A stretch of 30,282 bases of DNA from Planctomicrobium piriforme. Its GTDB lineage: Bacteria; Planctomycetota; Planctomycetia; Pirellulales; UBA1268. The DNA is taken from the NCBI GenBank assembly GCA_945861585.1, contig CAMAVC010000038.1:1-30282 (forward strand). Reading direction: 5' to 3'. Made by a program: the position numbers and the translations under genes. Shown here piece by piece: positions 18,201 to 23,428 of the stretch (position 1 is its first letter; every line of letters begins with the position of its first letter). The notes below the pieces were generated by a model. It did no database searches. It was not told where the DNA came from and was given only the letters and a program-made list of their open reading frames with translations.

Positions 18201-18208
18201 ACGTGCAT
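12263..18208 (-). CDS. uvrA: Tandem-fused double UvrA (two complete excinuclease ABC subunit A units, four ABC ATPase modules) in one 1981-aa ORF
   Basis: Each half contains a Walker A ([28 protein letters not shown] in the first, [28 protein letters not shown] in the second), Zn-finger CxxC pairs and a UvrB-binding-like segment ([20 protein letters not shown].., [19 protein letters not shown]..). Each half also has signatures [12 protein letters not shown] / [12 protein letters not shown] and [17 protein letters not shown] (twice), plus Walker B YVLDEP / [11 protein letters not shown]. The halves are joined by a Lys/Ala-rich linker ([18 protein letters not shown]). They are clearly diverged paralogs, not identical copies. 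The stop TAG at 12263-12265 lies inside REP copy 7. Confidence 0.9.
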   Translation of the reverse strand: [1981 protein letters not shown]

Positions 18209-18228
18209 ACGCCCATTGTAGAGAGCGC

Positions 18229-18257
18229 TTTACACTGCGGGGACCGTGCCGTACGAT
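18229..18257 (+). promoter_or_regulatory. Sigma-70-like promoter candidate for tRNA-Ala (TTTACA-17-TACGAT)
   Basis: TTTACA at 18229-18234, a 17-nt spacer and TACGAT at 18252-18257 lie about 40 nt upstream of the tRNA 5' end. Assignment is by hexamer similarity only. Confidence 0.35.
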
Positions 18258-18299
18258 CAAATTCCTCGATCAGGCCGCGGAAAACCGCGGCCGGCGTTC

Positions 18300-18372
18300 G
18301 GGGCGGTAGCTCAACTGGGAGAGCGCGGCGTTCGCAATGCCGAGGTTGGGAGTTCGATCCTCCTCCGCTCCA
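18300..18372 (+). tRNA. tRNA-Ala (anticodon CGC)
   Basis: GGGGCGGTAGCTCAACTGGGAGAGCGCGGCGTTCGCAATGCCGAGGTTGGGAGTTCGATCCTCCTCCGCTCCA folds as a cloverleaf. The 7-bp acceptor stem has a G3:U70 pair, the Ala identity element. The anticodon loop is TTCGCAA with anticodon CGC. A T-loop TTCGATC and discriminator A are present. CCA is not encoded. Confidence 0.9.
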
Positions 18373-18377
18373 GTTTT

Positions 18378-18412
18378 AGGCCTGCACGGCCATCCATGGC
18401 CCGTGCAGGCCT
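18378..18412 (+). terminator. Perfect 12-bp GC-rich hairpin directly after tRNA-Ala
   Basis: AGGCCTGCACGG-(11 nt loop containing CCATGG)-CCGTGCAGGCCT lies 6 nt after the tRNA 3' end. A second imperfect 14-bp hairpin at 18415-18450 (CCCTGCGGAGGGAAA..TTTCCCTCGCAGGG) and a third 8-bp hairpin at 18478-18496 follow. There is no U tract. Confidence 0.4.
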
Positions 18413-18533
18413 TGCCCTGCGGAGGGAAAGCCGAGGTTTCCCTCGCAGGGCGGCGCTCGCACCTCCGGGCTCGCGTGGCTGCCGCGGGGCGGCAGCTTCC
18501 GCGGGGTGGCGGCTTGTGGCGGCGGGGTGCTCG

Positions 18534-19160
18534 ATGGTGAACGATTCCGCCATGACGACGAACGTCGCAGTAGATCCGTCCACCGCGCTCATGTTGCGGG
18601 TGCGCGATGGCGACGCGCTTGCGTTCGAGGAGCTCGTGGCGCTCTGGCAGGACCGGCTCGTCACGTTGTTTCGTCATCACACCGGTGACCATTCGATCGC
18701 CGAGGACTTGGCCCAGGAGGTGTTTCTGAGGGTCTATCGCGCGCGGGCCACCTATCGGCCGACCGCGAAGTTCACGACGTGGATCCACACGATCGCCAAC
18801 AACGTGTCGAGCGACCTGAGGCAGCGGGCCTACCGCCGCAAGGAGCGGGGGGTGCCGCAGAACGTGTCGGCCTCGACGAGCGCCCTCGGCCTCGAACACC
18901 TCGCCGTGGCGGCGAGCGGCCTCAGGCCCGCCCGGCAGGCCGCTCGCAGTGAACTGTGCGACGTCGTGCAGGAGGCGATCGCCTCGCTCTCCGACAACCA
19001 GCGGATGGCCGTCTTGCTCGCGAAGTTCGAGCAGTGTTCCTACGACGAGATCGCCGCGGCGATGGGGCTTACCGTGCCGGCGGTAAAGTCGCTCTTGTTT
19101 CGGGCCCGCGATCAACTGCGCGCCAAGCTCGAGCCCTACGAGCGGGAAGGCACACGATGA
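18534..19160 (+). CDS. ECF-family RNA polymerase sigma-70 factor
   Basis: Region 2 (DLAQEVFLRVYRA..FTTWIHTIANN) and region 4 HTH (SYDEIAAAMGLTVPAVKSLLFRARDQLR) are present. The upstream part of the track ORF overlaps the tRNA and is rejected. An alternative ATG lies at 18552. Confidence 0.8.
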   Translation: MVNDSAMTTNVAVDPSTALMLRVRDGDALAFEELVALWQDRLVTLFRHHTGDHSIAEDLAQEVFLRVYRARATYRPTAKFTTWIHTIANNVSSDLRQRAYRRKERGVPQNVSASTSALGLEHLAVAASGLRPARQAARSELCDVVQEAIASLSDNQRMAVLLAKFEQCSYDEIAAAMGLTVPAVKSLLFRARDQLRAKLEPYEREGTR

Positions 19161-20116
19161 GTGATCCCGTGCACGAACCGCAGGCCGACACGCCTGCCGC
19201 GGCACTCGGGCCCACGTGGGACCTGCTCGATAGCCTGCCGCGGTCGGCGGCGCCGCCGAGCATGACATCGACCACGCTCGAGATGGTCGCGGCGGCTGCC
19301 CGGCCGCGGCAGCGACGGCGGTCATGGTGGCGGGGTTGGCTCGGGCTGCTGGCCGTCGTGGTGAGCGCCTTCGCCGTGGGAACACTCGCCGGCCGGGCCA
19401 CCGTCACCGATCCGGAGAAGGCCGTGTTCGAGTATCTGCCGGTGCTCGAACACTACGATGTCTTGAAGGAAGCGGGGAGCGTGGAGTTTCTCACCGCGGT
19501 GGCCCGGCGGAACTATCCGCCACCGCGCCGACTCGCGTTTGGCCGAGGCGGCGAGGCCGTCGCGCCGGCCTTCGAGGCGATCGATGCGGCGGTGGCGACG
19601 TTTGCGTCGGCGTCGTTCGGCCCCGCTACCGGATCGACCGCGGAGCGGCGAGCGGAACTGTCCGATCGGCCCGCCGAACAGCGCCGGCAACTCGCCGATG
19701 CCGCCGTGGAATTTCAGCGGCTTTCGCCCGTCGATCGCCGCGATCTGGTGCGTCTGGCTCGCGTGTTCGGTGGCCGCGATGGCGCGGGCCCCGATCGCGA
19801 CGAACTGCTCGAAGCCGCGCGGCTGTGGCACCAGTGGCTCGCCACCCGCGACCCCGCCGAGCGCAAGGACGTGATCGAACTCGACACCGCCGAGCGGCTC
19901 GAGTGGCTCGACCACTACGCCCTCGTACGGCCCGGCTCTGGCCGCGGGCCAAACCGTGACGGCGGCTTCCGTGGCGTTCCTCCGCCGGGTGCGCTGCCGG
20001 GACCACCACCCGGCGGGCCGCGATTCAATGGACGTGTTTCCGAGGATGCTCGTCCGCCTGAGGGCCCGCGCCGTGGCCCGCCACCTCGCGAAGAAACTCC
20101 CGCACCGCCTCGTTGA
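19157..20116 (+). CDS. Putative anti-sigma factor (single-pass membrane protein, proline-rich C-terminus)
   Basis: The ATG at 19157 overlaps the sigma-gene TGA stop (ATGA coupling). One TM helix (WLGLLAVVVSAFAVGTLAG) is present. The tail is Pro/Gly-rich. The 3' end overlaps the convergent hydrolase gene by about 90 bp. Confidence 0.5.
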   Translation: MSDPVHEPQADTPAAALGPTWDLLDSLPRSAAPPSMTSTTLEMVAAAARPRQRRRSWWRGWLGLLAVVVSAFAVGTLAGRATVTDPEKAVFEYLPVLEHYDVLKEAGSVEFLTAVARRNYPPPRRLAFGRGGEAVAPAFEAIDAAVATFASASFGPATGSTAERRAELSDRPAEQRRQLADAAVEFQRLSPVDRRDLVRLARVFGGRDGAGPDRDELLEAARLWHQWLATRDPAERKDVIELDTAERLEWLDHYALVRPGSGRGPNRDGGFRGVPPPGALPGPPPGGPRFNGRVSEDARPPEGPRRGPPPREETPAPPR

Positions 20117-20879
20117 ACGTGTCGGGATCTTCGAGCGGCGCCATGTGCCCGCAGTGGGGCATGATCAAGAGCCGCGGCCGCGGGAACACCCGTTCGGCCC
20201 GCTCCATGCAGTCGGGTGGCGTGATCGTGTCTTCCGCGCCCACGACGAGCAGCACGGGCACCGTCACCGCCCGCATCGGCTCGACCATGTCGGGCCGAGC
20301 GGCGAGTGCCGCGAGCGCCGCGGTGATCGTTGCGACCGGCGTGGCGTGGATCGTGCGCCGCAGGAGTTCCTCGCCGGCAGCCCGGCCCGATCGCGCCCGG
20401 CCCGCGTCGGACCTGGCCAAGAGGTTCGGGATCATCGCCTCGGCCACCGCCTCCTGGCCGACCCGGGCGACCGTCGCGGCGAGCTTTTCCCGCGCGGCTC
20501 GTGCTTCGGGCGTGTCGGCTTCCAGCTTCGTATCGACGAGGATCAGCGCCCGCACCCGGTGCGGATGCCGCGCGGCCACGTGCTCGGCCACGTAGCCACC
20601 CATCGAGAGGCCACAGATCACCGCCGGCTCGGCCACATGGAGCGCGTCGAGCAGGGCGACGGCGTCGTCGGCGAGCTGGGCGATGCTTGCGGGCGGCGGG
20701 CCGGCGCTGCGGCCGAAGCCACGCTGATCAGGCACGATCAGCCGCACGTCGTCGGCGAGCGGATCCTGCCCGGCCCACATGGCGTGGTCGAAGGGAAACC
20801 CATGCAAGAGCAGCACTGGCAGGCCGCTGCCGCACGTGTGGACCGCCAGGGTCGTGTCGGGCAGGGGGATGGTGTGCAT
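20025..20879 (-). CDS. Alpha/beta-fold hydrolase
   Basis: HGFPFDHAMW, the nucleophile elbow GLSMGGYVA (GxSxG) and a C-terminal PHCGHMAPLEDPDTFN histidine motif are present. GGAGG lies 9 nt upstream of the ATG at 20879. The track start at 20894 is a GTG. Confidence 0.8.
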   Translation of the reverse strand: MHTIPLPDTTLAVHTCGSGLPVLLLHGFPFDHAMWAGQDPLADDVRLIVPDQRGFGRSAGPPPASIAQLADDAVALLDALHVAEPAVICGLSMGGYVAEHVAARHPHRVRALILVDTKLEADTPEARAAREKLAATVARVGQEAVAEAMIPNLLARSDAGRARSGRAAGEELLRRTIHATPVATITAALAALAARPDMVEPMRAVTVPVLLVVGAEDTITPPDCMERAERVFPRPRLLIMPHCGHMAPLEDPDTFNEAVREFLREVAGHGAGPQADEHPRKHVH

Positions 20880-20908
20880 GAGCCTGTCCTCCACCAGACG
20901 AGCCCGTC

Positions 20909-22708
20909 CTACTCGACGAGCTTCTCGAACCGCTCGAGATTGCGCTGAATCGTGCGGTTGAAGGGTTCCGCACGCTTGGCGAGCCGCTGGGCGCGGATCG
21001 CCGCGGCGGGTCGGCCGGCGGCGGCATGGCAGTGGGCGAGCGTGTCGAGGTAGCTCGCGTTGTCAAACGACTTGACGAGCGACAGCTTCGAGTAGCGGGT
21101 CGCCTTGTCGACGTCGCCCTCGGTGTTGGCGACGAGCCAGGCATACTCGTTGTAGGCCGTCGTGTCGTCGGGCACGGCCTGGATGTCTTCCTCGAGTCGC
21201 GCGAGTGCCGCCTTGATCCGCCTGACCGCATCGGCCCGCTGCTCCTCGGTGTTGTCGGGCAAGGCGTAGAGCGCGATCAGCGCGTCCACGTCCTTCGGGT
21301 AGGCGGCGAGCGCCTGTTCCACGGCTGCACGGCATCCGGCCATGTCGCCGCGCCGGGCGCGATCACAACTCTCGAAAAAGTGCATGCGCGAGCGATGCGA
21401 GCGGGGATCGCGGCCGAGCTGATCGCCGGCTCCTGGCGTGTCGTCGCCGAAGAACCGGTGCACGCACCGTGCCGCCTCGTCGTCGCGCTCGACGTCGTGG
21501 AGAAGCTCACCGAGCATCGTCGCCGTCAGCCCCCGCTCGGCGATGGCGAGATCGGTGTCGTCGAGAATGGCTTCGTACGACCGCGTGGCCCATTCGACCC
21601 GGCCCCACTTGGCGAGCATCACGGCCGCCTGCAGCCGTTCCAGGAAGCCGTCGTGCGCGAGGGCGGCGAACGCGGCCTCGAACCGTGCGTGTGCCGCGGT
21701 TCCACGGCCCCGGGCCTCCTCCGCGGAGGCGATCGCGTGAGCAACGAGGGGGCTGCGGCCGGCGAGATCGGGCACGGCGAGCACCGCTTCGACCGCCTCC
21801 GGCAGCCCGAGTTGCACGGCCCAGGCGAGCGTGTCGACGCATGCGGCCACCTGCCGGTCGGGATCGTTGAGGGCCGCCGCACGTTCGAGGAGCGCCTTGG
21901 CAAGGCTGAGCGCCGCCTCGCGCCGGCCCGCGGCGAGCAACATCTGCACGTGGCAGCGCTCGAAGATCTGCAGGGTTCGTCCGACCACCACGCGCTCGTC
22001 GCTGTCGTCGTGGTCGAGGCCGGGCGGAGTCTCGTCGGCTGCCGGCCGCTGTAGGTCGCCGAGGGCGACCGCGGCCGCCTCGAGCGCGGCGTCGTGGGCG
22101 GCGCTTGCGTCGGGATCGGTGAAGGCGACGAGCGCCGCCAGAAACCTCGCCGCCGGCCGGGTGCTCGGGCCCAGCCCCGCTTCGATCCGGCCACGCATCA
22201 CGGGCCAGGCTGGATCGTCGGGCCACCACTCCCGAGCCAGAAGCGCGGCCGCCACCCGCGAGCCTGCCGTCGACGGATCGAGCCGCGTCACGCGGGCCAG
22301 CGGCTCGATGCCGGCGTCGTCGTCGACCCGCAAGAGCCGATGCATCGCCTGCACACGCTCGTCGAATCCGCGCCGCTTGAATCGTGACAGGAGCTTCACG
22401 ACCTCCGGGGGGTCGTGCGGCATCTCGAAGGGAATCGTCTCCACGAGCCAGCGGGCCCGCAGCGCGACCTCGAGGTCGCCACTCGTCTCCGCGGCCGCGA
22501 GGAGCGCGTCGATCGCCGTCGGCCCAAGTGCCTTGAGCTCGGCCGCCGCGGCCTCGCGCCTGTGATAGTCGTCGTCGCCGAGGCCGGCGATGAGCCCGGG
22601 GAGCCGGTCTTGGCCACCGGTGTCGGCGCCCGCCGGCACTGCCAGGAGCGCGAGGCAGACGCAGGTCGCGACGGTGGCGGACGGCAGGCGGAGGAGGCCC
22701 GGGAGCAT
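20909..22708 (-). CDS. Secreted alpha-helical repeat (TPR-like) protein
   Basis: The N-terminus MLPGLLRLPSATVATCVCLALLAVPAGA is a signal peptide. The body is an Ala/Leu-rich helical repeat throughout. It lies upstream of and in the same orientation as the hydrolase, with a 30-bp gap. Confidence 0.45.
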   Translation of the reverse strand: MLPGLLRLPSATVATCVCLALLAVPAGADTGGQDRLPGLIAGLGDDDYHRREAAAAELKALGPTAIDALLAAAETSGDLEVALRARWLVETIPFEMPHDPPEVVKLLSRFKRRGFDERVQAMHRLLRVDDDAGIEPLARVTRLDPSTAGSRVAAALLAREWWPDDPAWPVMRGRIEAGLGPSTRPAARFLAALVAFTDPDASAAHDAALEAAAVALGDLQRPAADETPPGLDHDDSDERVVVGRTLQIFERCHVQMLLAAGRREAALSLAKALLERAAALNDPDRQVAACVDTLAWAVQLGLPEAVEAVLAVPDLAGRSPLVAHAIASAEEARGRGTAAHARFEAAFAALAHDGFLERLQAAVMLAKWGRVEWATRSYEAILDDTDLAIAERGLTATMLGELLHDVERDDEAARCVHRFFGDDTPGAGDQLGRDPRSHRSRMHFFESCDRARRGDMAGCRAAVEQALAAYPKDVDALIALYALPDNTEEQRADAVRRIKAALARLEEDIQAVPDDTTAYNEYAWLVANTEGDVDKATRYSKLSLVKSFDNASYLDTLAHCHAAAGRPAAAIRAQRLAKRAEPFNRTIQRNLERFEKLVE

Positions 22709-22788
22709 CGCACATCTCTCGACGGCGGGTGACGCGAGTCGTTGATCCCAGCCTACGGCCCGCGTGTTGCCCGGGGCAAGCGGGTGGA

Positions 22789-23370
22789 TCAGGCCGCGTC
22801 CGGTTCGATACCGAGATCACGGATCGTGAGGAGCGACTCGAGGCGAATTCCCCGGGCCGCGAAGGCCGCCTCGGCACCGGCGAGCCTGTCGATCACCGTG
22901 ATCACCCGGTCGACGACGAGGCCGAACTCCTGGGCCCGATCGATCGCGAGCAGCGACGAGCCGCCGGTGGTCGTGACGTCTTCGACGATCACGACCCGCT
23001 GGCCCGGCTCCACCGGACCTTCGACATAGCGCTTCGTGCCGTGATCTTTCGGTTCCTTGCGGATCATGAACCCCTTGAGCGGCCGGCCCGCGACGCCCGC
23101 CATGGTCACGACGGCACCGGTGATCGGATCGGCACCGATCGACATGCCGCCGACAGCGTCGGGGAACTGGGGCTGTGCGGCCAGCCGGGCGAGGATCGCC
23201 TGTCCCACGAGCATCGCCCCTTCGGCGTCGAGAACCACCTGCTTGGCATCGAGGTAAAAACTCGCCTGCCGGCCCGAAGCCAGCGTGAATGTGCCGCGTT
23301 TGAGCGCCTTGCGGGCGACAAGGGCGACGAGCCGGGCGGTCAGGTCGGCCGTGGAAGCATCATTATTCAT
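22789..23370 (-). CDS. pyrE: Orotate phosphoribosyltransferase
   Basis: The PRPP-binding motif VVIVEDVTTTGGS is present. The length of 193 aa and overall colinearity fit PyrE. Confidence 0.85.
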   Translation of the reverse strand: MNNDASTADLTARLVALVARKALKRGTFTLASGRQASFYLDAKQVVLDAEGAMLVGQAILARLAAQPQFPDAVGGMSIGADPITGAVVTMAGVAGRPLKGFMIRKEPKDHGTKRYVEGPVEPGQRVVIVEDVTTTGGSSLLAIDRAQEFGLVVDRVITVIDRLAGAEAAFAARGIRLESLLTIRDLGIEPDAA

Positions 23371-23400
23371 CGTGGGCGGAGTATAACAGCGGTTGGTTTT

Positions 23401-23428
23401 TTGACTCGCCGCGGCGTGGTTTTAGAAT
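23401..23428 (+). promoter_or_regulatory. Sigma-70-like promoter candidate for the nfeD-floA operon (TTGACT-16-TAGAAT)
   Basis: TTGACT at 23401-23406, a 16-nt spacer and TAGAAT at 23423-23428 lie in the pyrE/nfeD divergent intergenic region. The -10 hexamer overlaps the first ATG (23427). The second in-frame ATG (23436) lies at the expected transcription start. Confidence 0.35.

Noticed and set aside
12749-18379. Long plus-strand ORFs (12749..14380, 14657..15895, 16274..16915, 16937..18379) antisense to uvrA
   Set aside because: They are shadow ORFs inside a strongly supported 1981-aa minus-strand UvrA gene. They have Arg/Ala/Gly-rich low-complexity translations typical of high-GC off-frames.
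18246-18533. Upstream part of the ECF sigma ORF (track start 18246) and ORF 16937..18379
   Set aside because: Both run across the tRNA-Ala gene and its hairpins. The sigma-factor homology begins only after 18534.
18300-20116. Possible genomic island downstream of the tRNA (tRNA 3' integration hotspot)
   Set aside because: There is no integrase, no recombinase, no phage genes, and no recognisable direct repeat of the tRNA 3' end. The downstream genes are an ordinary ECF sigma/anti-sigma pair. Base composition was not calculated.
21507-22877. 456-aa minus-strand ORF overlapping the TPR-like gene in another frame
   Set aside because: The translation is an Arg/Gly/Pro-rich artefact. The in-frame TPR-like ORF has a signal peptide and helical-repeat composition.
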